64,000 nucleotides of DNA from Antedon mediterranea (taxonomy: Eukaryota; Animalia; Echinodermata): positions 13,824,352 to 13,888,351 of the forward strand of contig NC_092678.1 of assembly GCF_964355755.1 (NCBI RefSeq), in the 5' to 3' direction. Shown one piece after another: positions 24,758 through 37,900 of the stretch; position 1 is the stretch's first letter, and each line of letters opens with the position of its first letter. Under the pieces are notes generated by a model. That model was not told the origin of the DNA, did no database searches, and was given only the letters and a program-made list of their open reading frames with translations. The translations under genes were made by a program, and so were the position numbers.

Positions 24758-26208
24758 CTATTAAACGATGAAGTGGAAGTTGTTAGTAACTTTAAGTATC
24801 TAGGCAGAGTAATCGATGAGTGGAACTTAATTGGAAGGAAAACAGATTCATTGACAAAATTATAATGTTTATTTGTTTTACTGATTACCTAATCAGTATG
24901 TGATATTAGATTAAATGTACTACTTTCATCTTTGTTAAATATGTACTCACTGTCTTATCGTTAGATAAATTATATTTTTTATTTGTAACTAGAAAAAAAA
25001 TAATTTCTTTATATATTTTCTTTATATATTTTCTGTATTTATAAATCCGGAAAAAATTATTCAATATTCACCATAGGGAATCCACCTAATATCCATATTA
25101 GGGAAGGATACCTACAAATTACACTATCACTTTCCTGTTCAACTACCCGAGAGAGTTGGTAAACAACCTTTTTAAACCAGCTTGATGATTTTTTTTTATA
25201 TAAATGATGTGCTGCACCAGCAGAGATTTTGCTAATTTGATAGATAATTTTGATGTTTTATTTGTTTTTGATGAGTACATAGGTCTACATGATTTCTTAG
25301 AAAGTGACTTGCCATAAAAATATTTACATTCATGCAATAATGGGTATGCTAGTAGGTTAGTGACACCCGAGTAAATTTTCAACACAAAAAATAAATGATT
25401 ATGCAATAGAGGGGGTTAGTGCCAATTAGGCCAGGAACTTCCTTAAAAACAACCCCTTTTTCTGTGAAACATCAGATAAGTTGGCCTACCAGCCCTGTTG
25501 TTATATTGATAACATGAATGTAACTGTGGAGAGAATTATTATTGTTGATTCTGATATGAACTGGACCTATATACACACAATATACAACAAATACTTTGTG
25601 TACATGTACCTCATGGTACATGTATTTTCATTTATAGTCCATAGACTGGAAGGGGTTACCGTGCACCCTCCCCCCACATTTAAACTTCTTTGCTATCATT
25701 TTCTTCCCACGTGCATATATTGCGAAAAAATCGATGTTAACAAGAAAAATATAGGGATGCATTGTGTGTACTTGCGTCATTTGTAATGATCATCAGCGTT
25801 TTATCTTCAAATATTTGTTGGGGGGTAGGGGGTAACATTTATCCTAACCCAAGAATCAAACATCTAATTAGTATTATCTTGGTAAAATTGTGTAGCCATC
25901 TTTTAAAATCTTATACATATCAAGCAGGCGGTCTGAGTTCGAGTCTCGGTTGGGGCGACTTTTTCTCATTCTCACAGATTTCCTCATCTTTATCGTTTCA
26001 AATTAATTAATTAAATTTCAGTATATCACCGGGCGGTTTCGAATTAATGTTCATTGCCTAATGTGTTTATATATATATATATAAATCCAAAGGCAAATTA
26101 CTGAGAAAAAAAATGACAATGCTGTGGGTATCAGTGGCTGGATCTCAATGGAGATACAAAAATAAAAAGCGAAAAGCTAAATCAAAACGATAAAGTAAAC
26201 AGCCAGAA

Positions 26209-26255
26209 AAATTAGCAGAGCTTTCGGGCAACACTAGCCCTTCATCGGTGCAAGT
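26209..26255 (-). ncRNA. Minimal type I hammerhead ribozyme motif in the Penelope pseudo-LTR (one core mutation)
   Basis: Minus strand TTGCA-CCGATGA-A-GGGC(TAGTGTT)GCCC-GAAA-GC-TC-TGCTAA; consensus core is CUGANGA..GAAA..UH. The second pLTR copy (~29740-29778) has a deletion in the core. Confidence 0.65.
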
Positions 26256-26430
26256 GAAGGAATTTTGATAACGTCATAGTATAAAGCTGGCAAGTGCTGC
26301 CTGGGTGGACGGGAATAAAAGAAATATAACAAAGGGAGCCAGGGTGGAGTCTGAATAAGAGTAGAAAACAAAGAAGGTAGCTTGGTAGAGATATAAACAA
26401 TTTTGGAATGAGACTAAAAAACAGCTTAAA

Positions 26431-29400
26431 TTCAATTCAATTAAAACTTTATTATCCCCATGGGGAAACTCTGTTGGCCTTTTCAAAAATACAGTACATA
26501 CAAATATAAAATGGATACAGTACATAAAATATAAAATACGATAAAAAAAAAGCCATACAAAATATACATATAAAATCCTAAAAAGTCGAATAAAATACTA
26601 CAAAAAATAAAAATAGCGCATATCATTCATTATATAATCGTATTGCAGCAGGGACGAATGAATTGCCATATCTATTTGTTTTAATTTTTCCTTGAAGGAG
26701 TCTGTCACTACGTTGACTTTTGTTAAATTTATAGTGCAGAGGATGAGCGTGGTCTTTTAAAATAATCTTCAATTTTTTAATTACTAATTCCTTATATAAA
26801 ACTTCAGGTTGAATTTGTTCAGAGCCTACTAATCTACTGCCTTGTTTAACTATTTTATTAAGTAAAAGTCTATCTTTAAAACGTGAATTACCATAATAAC
26901 ATATTAGGCAAAAACTAAGTACACTGTTTAAGATAGAAGTATAAAAAAGTTGTAAAATAGTACGGTCAATCTTAAAAGAGTTTAATTTGCGTCGAAAGAA
27001 GAGACGTTTTTGTAATTTATTGTATATGCACCTACTATTTGCATAAAATTTAAGTTCATTATCAATTTCAACCCCTAAATATTTGTAAGTTTCAACTTCC
27101 GAAATGGTCACACCATTGATTTTGATCTTGGGAAGGTAGTTTATCTTCTTCCGAAAATCAAAAACCATCTCTTTAGTTTTATTTATATTTAGATCTAAAA
27201 AATTATCTTTACACCATTTGTGAAAAATATTAATACTGTCTAAGAAGCCTGTCATTGAATCATCTTTTGAATCCAGATAACCAATCAGAGCAGTGTCGTC
27301 TGGTACTGTATTGTATTGTATACAATAAAGGTGACAACACACAACCTTGTGGAACACCCGTGTTAACTTTCAACAACGAGGACAACGTGTGATTAAGCTT
27401 AACACGCTGTTCTCTATCTTTAAAAAAATTAAGTAGCCATTTTATAATCAGTGGGTTAACTTCTAAATCGATAAGCTTATTAGCCAGAACATATGGTTGA
27501 ATATTATTGAATGCACTAGAGAAATCAACAAAAAGAATTCTCGCAAAGCAACCTTTTTTCTCTAGGTGCTCAGAAACATCATTAAGGAGCAGAAGCACTG
27601 TATTATTAACACACCTGTTTGGACGATATGCAAATTGATTTATATCTAGCAGATTCTCCACTGAGGCAACTAGCTTACTTTTAACAATGTTTTCTAAACA
27701 TTTCATTGGTACACATGTAAGGGCCACGGGTCTAAGGTCATTCATTTCCTTGGGATTTGGTTTTTTGGGAATGGGCATGATTGTTGATTTTTTCCACAAC
27801 ATTGGAACTATTGAGTCATTTACAGAGGATTGAAAAAGTTTACAAAAAGGAATGGCCAACTAATCGGCACACCTTTTAAGAGTCTTACAACTAATATTAT
27901 TGGGACCTTTTGCCTTACGTGGGTTAAGTTTTTTAAATAATAAGTTCACTTCGTCCACAGTGATTTGAAAATGTTCGGGGGGTACCGGCAGTTCATCAAC
28001 GCGTTTTGTTGTTTCCCTCATGTTCAAGTCAACATCCACTTTATCAAATCTGTTGTAGAAGGCATTTAAATCATTTGCATATTTCTTTTCATTGTCAACA
28101 ACAACACCCTTTGCCTTCGGTTTATAACCAGTAATATTCTGCAAACCTTGCCAAACCTTAGATGAGTTACGATTTCGGAAGGACCTTTCAATTTTATTTT
28201 TATATTCCTTTTTGCATTCAATAATTTTCCGCTTGATTTGCCTCTGTATATCTTTTCGCTTCTCTTTCTCTCCGTCACAAAAACATTTCTTTTTCTTATT
28301 AAGGAGTTCTTTGAGTTCTTTGGACACCCAAGGTTTATTATTAGAAAAAAACTTTAATTCTTGATACAGGTATAATCATTTCTTCACAGAATCTTACGTA
28401 TTCAGATACAACGAGGGTCGCTTCGCTCAAATTTTCTGCATTTTCCGTTAATGCATCCCAGTTTGTGCATTCAAAACACCCTTTAAGGGTCTCGCTGGCT
28501 TCCTCAGTCCAACGTTTTACCTTTATTTTCTTTGAGGGTTTATCACGAAGACGGGTTTTATATATTGGAATGAGGCTGATCATATTGTGGTCAGATTTGC
28601 CAAGACCCGCCATAGCTTTACACTTGTATGCACCATCAATATTTCCATAGCAAAGGTCGATACACGTATTGTTGCGAGTTGGACAATCAACATATTGCTG
28701 GTATGTAGGTAGGTATTCTTTTAATGAACATGAGTTGAAATCCCCCATGATGAATTTAGCTGCTTCAGGCGAATTATTTTCTGCTTCAGAAATGAGATCA
28801 TATACTGTGGTTGCTGCTATTAATGTCTGCTTATGGTGGGATATAGACCACAAATACCTTCACTTGATGTATCTCCCTTGGGGGGTAATACGGGCGCATA
28901 TCAATCGCAAGCAATTCAATGTCCTTATTACATACTTCACTCCTTACAGTGATATGCGATGGTTTGCAGTATTTTTCACTTACATAAGCACACACGCCAC
29001 CTCCTTTGTTTTTACCTGAATTTTCATTTCTATCCATTCTAATCAATGTGTAATCGTCAAGATCAACTGAGGAATCTGGATCATTATCCGTCAGCCATGT
29101 TTCTGACAAACAAATCATGCTCGACTCGCGAAAAACCGTTAAGAACTTTACGTTCGCTCTTAGTTCATCTATTTTGTTTCTTATACTCTGTACATTACCA
29201 AAAACAACTGTTGGCAGTGGGGTTTTATGCTTTAATTTCTTTAATCGAACTCTAACGCCACCTCTTCTGCCTCGTTTTCTTTTCTTTGTTTTTTTAACGT
29301 TTTGAGTACGCACCTGTTGCAAAGGAAGTCACGTCTACTTAAGAGAAATTTTCTGCTGTACGTTAACAATGGCCGCACCTCCCCGCTATTTGTTACCGTG

Positions 29401-29536
29401 CTAGCACCTACGCTCTCCTTAATGCTCCATATTAAAACAGTTAAAACACCAAACATAGCATAGTTCCAAAAAATATTAACTTTAAACATTGTTCACCAAA
29501 CTTCCACACAAAAATATATACTAAAACTAGTCAAAA
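26431..29536 (-). mobile_element. Near full-length LINE (APE endonuclease + RT, Rex/Babar-like) inserted in the Penelope pLTR; ORF 26623-29489 disrupted
   Basis: KRGRRGGVR..PLPTVVFGNVQS, CLSETWL, GGGV, GDFN, DLCY, SDHN, DLRPVALT, QFAYR, FVDFSSAFN, GVPQGCVLSP, DDTALIG, YKYLG, HPLH, RYGNSFVPAAIRLYN; (TTGAA)n tail at ~26430-26442; stops at 28341 and 27860 plus frameshifts. Confidence 0.92.
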
Positions 29537-31981
29537 ATGGTGGTTAATATTGAAACTTAAATTTTGGAAGTCAATGGAATAATTTTACCGATCTGGGAGT
29601 ATGTTCCTAATGTATATATATATATAAATCCCAACAAAAATTAATGAAAAAATGACAATGCTGTGGCTGGATCTCAATGGAGATACAAAAAAAAGCGAAA
29701 AGCTAAATCAAAACGATAAAGTAAAAGAGCCAGAAAAGTTAGCAGAGCTTTCTGGCAACACTAGCCCTTCAGTGCAAGTGAAGGAATTTGGATAACGTCA
29801 TAGTATAAAAGCTGGCAAGTGCTACCTGGGTGAACAGGAATAAAAGAAATACAACAAAAGGAGACAGGGTGGAGTCTAAATAGGAGTAGAAAACAAAGAA
29901 GGTAGCTTGGTAGAGATATAAACAATTTTGGAATGAAACTAAAAAACAGCTTAAATGGTGGTTAATATTGAAACTTAAATTTTGGTAGTCAATGGAATAA
30001 TTTTAAGGATCTTAGAGTATGTTCCTAATGTTAATTCCAAAATGTTTTGTGGTTTTAAGTTGTAATTCCTAGTGGTTTTCTTTGTCTTTGCGAGTTTTGT
30101 CGCTCCATTTGACATCGTGGTCTATTGCAATAACTCTGAAATTTGCAATCGAGTGACCAGCTGAAATAAAATGTTCGGCTACAGGTTGATCAAGCTTTAA
30201 TGTTTTGATAGCTGATCTGTGTTGTGTCATTCTCATAATGGAGAGTGTTTTTTTGTTTCTCCGACGTACTGTTTGCTACAAATATGACAGTATATGACAT
30301 AAATGACGTTTTTGGTTAGACAATTATTAATTGATTGTCTTATCGGAAAAAATGCGGCCAGTTTGGTTACTCTTAAATTTTTCAGTAGAATCAACCAATG
30401 AACAAAGTTTTGCAAGATTTGCCGCAAAGGTGACTGCCCAAATTTTGGCTGTCATGAGAGTTCTTTTCACTCTTAAATTTGGATCTGCCTAATATATCAC
30501 GAAGGTCTACGAAATACAATAATGGGTGGTTCCGAAAAAACAGTCCTGAGACGTTCTGTGGACTGTAGAATGGGCATATGTTTCTCAATAATAGCCCGTA
30601 ATGGAGGCAACCTAGGGTGATAAGTTGTGACCAATGGCACTCTGGTCGAATTTTTTGGCTGACGTGGTTTGTACGTCAGTGTTTGACATCGAGGAATATC
30701 TTTTGCTGTCTTTATAGCAGTTTCGATGTATTCCTTCTTGTAATTTCTATTCCGGAGATAACCAGTTAGTTCTTCGGTACGATTCTGAAAATCTAAATCT
30801 GAAGAACAGATACGTCTGATACGTAATGCTTGACTGTACGGTATGTTTTTAGTGTAGTGTCGAGGATGGCAATTACTGCTAGGGAGCAGGTACATATTTT
30901 TATCTGTGGGTTTACGGAATAGGTCAGTTTTGAGTGTACCATTTTCTATGGTCACTATAGTGTCCAAAAAAATCAACGCTACTAGTGGATTTGGTAGCTG
31001 TAAATTTGATAGTTGGGTGGGTTGAATTAATATTGAGAAAAAAGATTCCAAATTATCTTCACCATGGATCCACATCATGAAGATGTCGTCAATGTATCTA
31101 AACCAAACAAATGGTTTATTAGGTTGGAGGGACAGAAAATTGGCCTCAAATTGTCCCATAAATAAATATGCAAAAGATAGCGCCATTTTTGTGCCCATCG
31201 CTGTGCATGAAATTAAAGGTAATGGTCATTTCCAAAAATAAAATTGTTGTTGGTTAAAATCAACATGACCAGTTCTCTCGTAAATGAGCTTTAGTAGGCG
31301 TTTTGCCTGGAATTTGTTTGTAATTTAAAATACATGCGTCGGCTCCTTCTTCGTGGGGGATATTAGTATACAATGATGAAACACCCCAGGGCCATAGCCA
31401 GGATCAGTCAAGGGGGGTTCGCACACTAAGTATTTGGGTCACCCCCACCCCCATACCTACCCCCTATCCTGGGGTGGGGCCTGAGGCGAAGCAAATTATG
31501 TTAAATGACACCCCTAGATGGCCGGAAACGACACTCTCATGCAGCATGCTACCAATGAGCAAAACGATCGTACTTGGACTCGTGGACTATTTAAACGATA
31601 ACATTTGTTGCCGTATGTTAGATGCGCGTGCTCTGTGCGGAACCGCCGATTGTTTGATCATTTACTCGATATTTTGTTTTGCGTTCAAGTTCAATGCGAA
31701 CGTACGTCTAGGAGAAGCCCCGAAAAAAGCACACTGGGTGAAGGCAAATGCAATTCTTATTATAGCTCTATCTATAATATTTATTTACAGCAATTTGTTG
31801 AGGAAATTAAATATGCCAATGTAAATAGGTGATATTGATACATTTGAGTACGTATCGGCTGGTGGTCTAGAAACAAATAATCGGATGCCATAATGTGAAC
31901 TACAGTACATGATACCATAGATATTATAGTGTAAAATATTAATATTCACTATAATCCTCTATGATACATTATACTTCATAG

Positions 31982-32915
31982 CTAGCCGGCCTGCGATTTT
32001 TTTTTTCGTACATAAGTTGGGGACCCCCTCATGAAACGTCACAAAATAAACATGAATTATTCTTCAGTTAAATTTTCTTGTTCCGTGTGCACCCACAAGC
32101 GTATTGCGGTATGATTCTAGGCCTATCTCCGCTGTTGTTGCGGCGTGCGATTTCATAGAAGAATAGCTGCGTTTTGTGTGGATTGTCGAAATAATCAGCA
32201 TTTAGTTTATGGTCTTTTTAATATAATTTATTACTAAAGAATTACGTGTTAAAATTATAGTTTCTATTAATACTATTAGGCCTAATTATTAGTCTCTAAA
32301 CCCATGTCTATTCTAGTAGAGCTATGTGGGTGTGTGTGACGTGTGTGTGACACTGTGTTAGGTATGACACAATCCGAGTAATAAGTCAGCAAAATTAAAC
32401 AATAAACATTACACAAAAATACATTTTTTATTCTCGTGGGTCTAATCTTCCCATCTCATGTGTTCATATACGCGCATTTTTTACAGTTCCTTTGAATTTT
32501 GATTATATGCATATTGTTTGATAATAAAATAGCAGAATTTAAAAAATACAGTACACACATTTATAGGCCTACACATTCTTTATTCTTGTGGGTCTAAGCT
32601 TTCTTTGGGCTATGTCCAATGAATTACTACTTAATGTAATGTCTTGCCTAGCTGTCGATTGGCCTCGACTCGACACATTTTGAAAAGTGGTGTGTGTGTA
32701 AAGAAGAGTGCGCGAAGGCAATCACGTGAGTTGACTTAGAATCCTAGGCCTACTGTAAAAGTATCGTATCGCAGTTGTGTAATCACTTCTTGTTGCTATA
32801 CGCTTGGGTGCACACGAAACAACAAATTTAACTGATGAATTATTCATGTTTATTTTGTGACGTTTCATGAGGGGTCCCCAACTGATGTACGAAAAAAAAA
32901 ATCGCGGCCGGCTAG
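31982..32915. mobile_element. MITE with ~125-bp TIRs
   Basis: CTAGCCGGCC.GCGATTTTTTTTTTCGTACAT.AGTTGGGGACCCC..CATGAAACGTCACAAAATAAA at 31982-32105 is inverted at 32795-32915. Confidence 0.8.
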
Positions 32916-34312
32916 ATATATCAATTATCCTTAATCTGAATTTAATACACTCTCCTCTCCGCGTAGAAGTAAACAGGTCAAAGGTCATTTTAAGGATAAG
33001 TCAATTACAGTAGTACTGTATTTCTACTACGCGCTAGCCATTACGTGGCGTATCCTTGTAATAGAAGCTTTTTACCTCCTTTAATTCCCGTCGAAGAAGC
33101 CAAAAATATTGAAAACCACTTGAAATACCCACTGGATATGTCTTATGAATATTTATATTTTCAGACTCTACCATTTTTTGAAGGTATCTATTAAAATATT
33201 TTCATAAACTGCACAGTTTTCTAACAGTGTTTCACGCACTTTATTTCATGAAATCAAGACAAAAAAGGTACTCATTTAAATCACTTATTTATCCCTTTTA
33301 TAAACTTAATTCACACAAAATGAAACTTGATCTTGATTGTAGAATGGTTGTAGATTCCAAAAAGGGGAAAACACTATTTTCACCAAGATAGTGAGTTTTA
33401 ACTTAAATAGTACTTCTTTAGGTCATTACACTATATAAAGATCAGCAAGTTATGTTTCACTATGCCAGAGCAGGTCACATATTATATTGGTGGACATAAA
33501 ATTAGAAATGCTTACATCAACTTGTAATTATGTCAATGAAATATTGCAAAAGATGATTTAACGATTTTACTTACATGATTTTATTTTATTGCTTACCCTC
33601 ACGTTTTAAAACAACCATCAATCAACAATAACTAAATCAATACGTTAATCTGTTTAGGGAGTATACAGTCTTAAGTATTAAAATAACTAAATTTTGTTGT
33701 TGAATATTTAAACTCACCATTGGATCTAATAAGGCCACATGCATTACTAAGAAAGTTATATTCCCCAAAGAAAAGAGGTGAATGTTATGAGTCTTAAAGA
33801 ATAAATAAAATTAGTTGCTAATTATTAAATATAACATTACTACTGTATACACAAATGAATATGTTAATACATTATTTGTGGTAACAATAACAATTAATAT
33901 TGGTTTCATCTTTTATTAAAGATTCCCCCTAAAAAGCATGAACAATGGATACTTTGATTAGGCCATTTTGCAGTTTTAACAACATTTATTCACATCAATT
34001 TGAAAACAACCCAACAAAAATTAACATTTTTAAAAACAATTTGAAAATTTTCATGTAAACATTTTTTTTTTCAAATTTTGGGTAATAGTGATAACTACTA
34101 TTTTCCATTGTTCAACAAACATACTAATGTGTATCTTTAAAAATATTTCGTATTGTTGAATTTTAGACGATGTCCACTAAGTTCCAAGCTTTCTTCTACA
34201 TTTGCTATGACGTCAGGTACTTGCTAGCTCACTTGCACAGTGTTTCCCAAAATGTTAATATAAAGTTTGCGGTACACAACGTATATTAATTTTGAAAAGA
34301 ACTGTCGAGTTT

Positions 34313-34353
34313 CTCGACGTTTCGATCAATATGCTTTAATCGTCCTCAGAAGC
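34313..34353 (-). ncRNA. Minimal type I hammerhead ribozyme motif (solo Penelope-type relic)
   Basis: Minus strand CTT-CTGAGGA-C-GATTAA(AGCATA)TTGATC-GAAA-CG-TC-GAG; full CUGANGA/GAAA/UC core, palindromic ACGT stem III, only a 3-bp stem I. Confidence 0.55.
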
Positions 34354-34993
34354 ATATCGAAAACAACGATCGAAACAACAACAACATAATAATAATAATA
34401 ATAATAACACTAACACTAATAATAATAATAATAATAATATCAAATATTTAAATAATATTTATCGCATAATATACAATCTACGATAATTTAATTAATTGAT
34501 ATAAAAAAATCATTATACCCAACTACTATCTCCGTTTTCTTATGCAGAACATCATTTGAATAAAAGAACAAATCACACATCTACGCATAATCAAACATCT
34601 TATACTCTATCTCTAACAATTTTTTCAATTTTCTATCGACTAAAGCCGAAGTATAGTCATTTTCTCGGTACCGTTTCTATGGATACCACCAGGTAGGCTT
34701 ACTTCATCAAGGCTTCTAAGAATGGATGTACTGGTTGGGAGCAGAAAAACTAATAGACCATACCCAGTACCGTTTTGATTACGATCAATCGGAAAATTAC
34801 CTCACGACGTGACGAGATAGATTAACATACCAACTTCACTTGGATATATGGAGATTTCGGCATTATTGAAAGCAATACTCTTCCCTCTATGAAAGCAACC
34901 AATCACGTATAAGTACCTGCAATAAAAATACAAACGTGGTGTATTTGATTATACAAGTTCTATAGTTTTATAGATACCTTACACTACCGTAGA

Positions 34994-37900
34994 ATGCTTT
35001 CAGTCACGAAGATGTATTTGCAGTGGGCATGTATTATATTTTGTTTGGTTCTACAGGAGCATACTGTGAATTGCAAACTAGCTCGAACAGATATTCACGT
35101 TGGTTTTAATGAAACCTTGTATGACGATTATCTTTACCACCAAAGAGATCAAGTAGAAATGTCAACAGACGAGTTTAACAACACAGAACTACATCAAAAC
35201 GACAACGTGCATAGTATAAAGTTGTTTTCAAGCACAGGATATTTTCTTCGGATTGGACCCGAAAGACATGTAACTGGTACACGGAATTGCAGAGACAACT
35301 ATGGTAAATAAATACCAATAAGAGTGTTAATAATTATTTTATTATCGTATCTTTTCTCAATATTTATTTTTTAAATAATTTTGTTATTGAAAATGTGTGT
35401 AGTTAGTCGCTTTCTTGTCGATGTTTTTATTGTAGAACGTAATTTATTTATTTTTCTCTGTTCTGGGTTGACCAACTAGCATAGGTGTTTAGCACCTGTT
35501 TGGTCTTTCCGTGCCTCCTTTTATAATTGTTTTGTCTTCTTTGTTATGTATATGGCAGAAATTGAATAATAAAAAAAAATAAAATAAAACATGCAGTCAA
35601 TCTCAGGGAACCACATCTTTTGGGACATTATACTTTTTTTTAAATGCATTTTGATATATAAGAGCCATTGTCTGTAAAAATAAAATATTTTGTGGCAGAT
35701 GTAAAAAAATGGATTTCTCTGAAATTTTTACTATGAAAAGAACTTCAATTAAAAGCATATCTAAAACATTTATTTTAATTTTTAGCCTTCGTTGCCATGA
35801 CAACGGTCAATTATCCAAATTTTGAAGTTTTTGCCATTTTTCACATATTTTCTATAGTAAAAAAGTACAAACTTGTATACTTATTTTAATCAAAAATATT
35901 TACAGTACAAAGTTTTTGTTTAGCAGTGTAAAAAAGCAAGTATTGAGTTCCATTTAATGTAGAAAAAAAATTACAAAATGGAGTTTTGTTGATACCATTA
36001 TTTTAAAAAGGGGGGTGTTTTTAAAAAAATATTTTTTTTATAAAAGTATACCTCATAAACGTACATAGGTTGTGTTTTTATATCAATGAGGTTTTGAAAT
36101 TGAATAGTCAATAGGTGTTTCAACAATAATCAGGAAAAAAAAGCTGGGGTGAATTACGTACATAGGTTTTGTGTTGCCAAGAAAATACGGAAAATACCAA
36201 AAAAATACAAACAAATTAACACCAAACAAAACACATGAAACAAAATTTAAATATGGCTAATCCAGTTTGGCTTGTCATAATGCTGCTAGAGTCATACGAA
36301 TAGTTTAGATAAAATACGAGAATGTGTTTTCAGGTTTATTTCAATTACTTGCCAGAAAATAATTTTAAACTTTTTAATAATTGCGTCAAAGTTGTTATAA
36401 AATATAAATAAAATATATTATGTTTAAAGAGATACAGAAAGATAAGATAACAATTCTCAGCAAATTAAATTTTTTACTTATAGTGTTACATTAGCAACCA
36501 TATCTATGTGTAACTAAGGAAAATAATTTAAAAAAAAAACCGAAAAAATGGCGTTTTTATGAATACAAAGAGTTGATTGCGTTTGTACTTTTTCTTAATT
36601 TTTTTCTACTGCATTCTAATATTCATAAGGTGATGACAAACTTGACCTTATAAATTTCATTCATTTTGAGGTCAAATGAGGTCAACATTTACCATAGTAA
36701 CTGTTTCTATGCAAAAAAAATTTTTAAAAATAAGGGGTTTTCATAAATACAAAACATTTTTCTACATAGTTTTACATTTCTACTTTTTCCCAAAAAATCT
36801 TGATAAATCTGAATAAAGGTAAACAATTGACCTTTAGTGTTATCTTGAACCTGTTTCTATACATAACTAAGGGTAATTTAAAACAAAATTGTCTGTAAAA
36901 TTATGTCAAAATGTAATATTTAGAACCTGTTTCTATGCGTAACTAAGGATAATGGTTATTTTAAAATACAGTTGAACCTCCCCTCCCATAAGCGGCCGCT
37001 CTCGGGACCTGGAAAAATGGCCGCTTACGGAAGGTGACCCCTTACGGGAAGTTCTGCCGATAAAGGGTCACAATCACATATTATGGCTATGTACGATATT
37101 TTTCAGTGTTCTTAACGCAACGAGCCTCTCCATTTCCAGCTAATTGTATTATTGTTTATAATCAGGTGGTTTAGTATTATTTATCATTTTCAGTTTCATT
37201 ATCATTATCAATTTTAACAGCTTTTATCATATGAAAAATGATCGATCCTAATCTGTGTTTTCTCATCTCTTCACAGAAATGTTTTTAAAACCGCTTCGAA
37301 ATAAAACTAATATATAAAGAAATACAATAAACATGGACTTCTAAATCATAGGTCCATGCAATAAATATTACATTTTTTGGGAATGGCCGCTTACGGGAGG
37401 CAATTTACCATACAAAAAAATCTAATTTTTAGAGTAAAAAAGGTGGCCGCAGCTGCTTACGGGAGGTGGCCGCTTACGGGAGGTACCCGCTTACGGGAGG
37501 TACCAAATGCACTAATTAGATAGGAAGAACAAACAGGCTTTTGAAAGTGCGTCCGTTAAGGGAGGTGGCCGCTTACGGGAGGTGGCCCAGGCTGAGGTGG
37601 CCGCTGTAAATAAAAATGAATAAAAATAATCACAGAAGAAAGTCCTTACGAATATGACCTTGTGAAATGGTGATTTGAAAATGCAAATAAGGCATGCCTG
37701 CTAATAATCTACAAATTTAAATTTGTGTAAGATAAGTATATGACAAATATAAAGAATATCTCAATTTTATTTAGCCTACTATAGTAACTGTTGCTATGAA
37801 TAACTAAGAGAAATTCATTAATTGCCAGATAATTATCAATTAATAATTACAACTGAATCTAACAATCACAGTAAAAAAATATAGAATTAACAACAAATTT

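Larger units (their letters stand above)
23715..24840 (+). mobile_element. Degenerate LINE RT fragment (Rex/Babar-like) interrupted by a MITE and a SINE
   Basis: LDPCQFAYRSKRGVEDA, YARVLFLDF..AFN, GAPQGCVLS, VKYADDT, LNVNKTKEMIIDFRK, FKYLG; stops and frameshifts present. Confidence 0.85.
26083..31383 (-). mobile_element. Penelope-like retroelement (RT + GIY-YIG, degenerate, 5'-truncated) with tandem pseudo-LTRs
   Basis: VSSLYTNIPHEEG (~31340-31382), MGTKMA, WFRYIDDIF, FLD, TDLFRKPTD, HP..TKNIPYSQALRIRRICS, NVIYVIYC..C.KQYVGET (GIY-YIG). Direct repeats 26083-26430 (+29537-29612) and 29626-30030, each abutting (TA)n. Confidence 0.9.

Noticed and set aside
31386-31832. ORFs at 31474 and 31605, and a CAGGGCCATAGCCAGG transposon-like end
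   Set aside because: No protein motif; the matching opposite end was not found.
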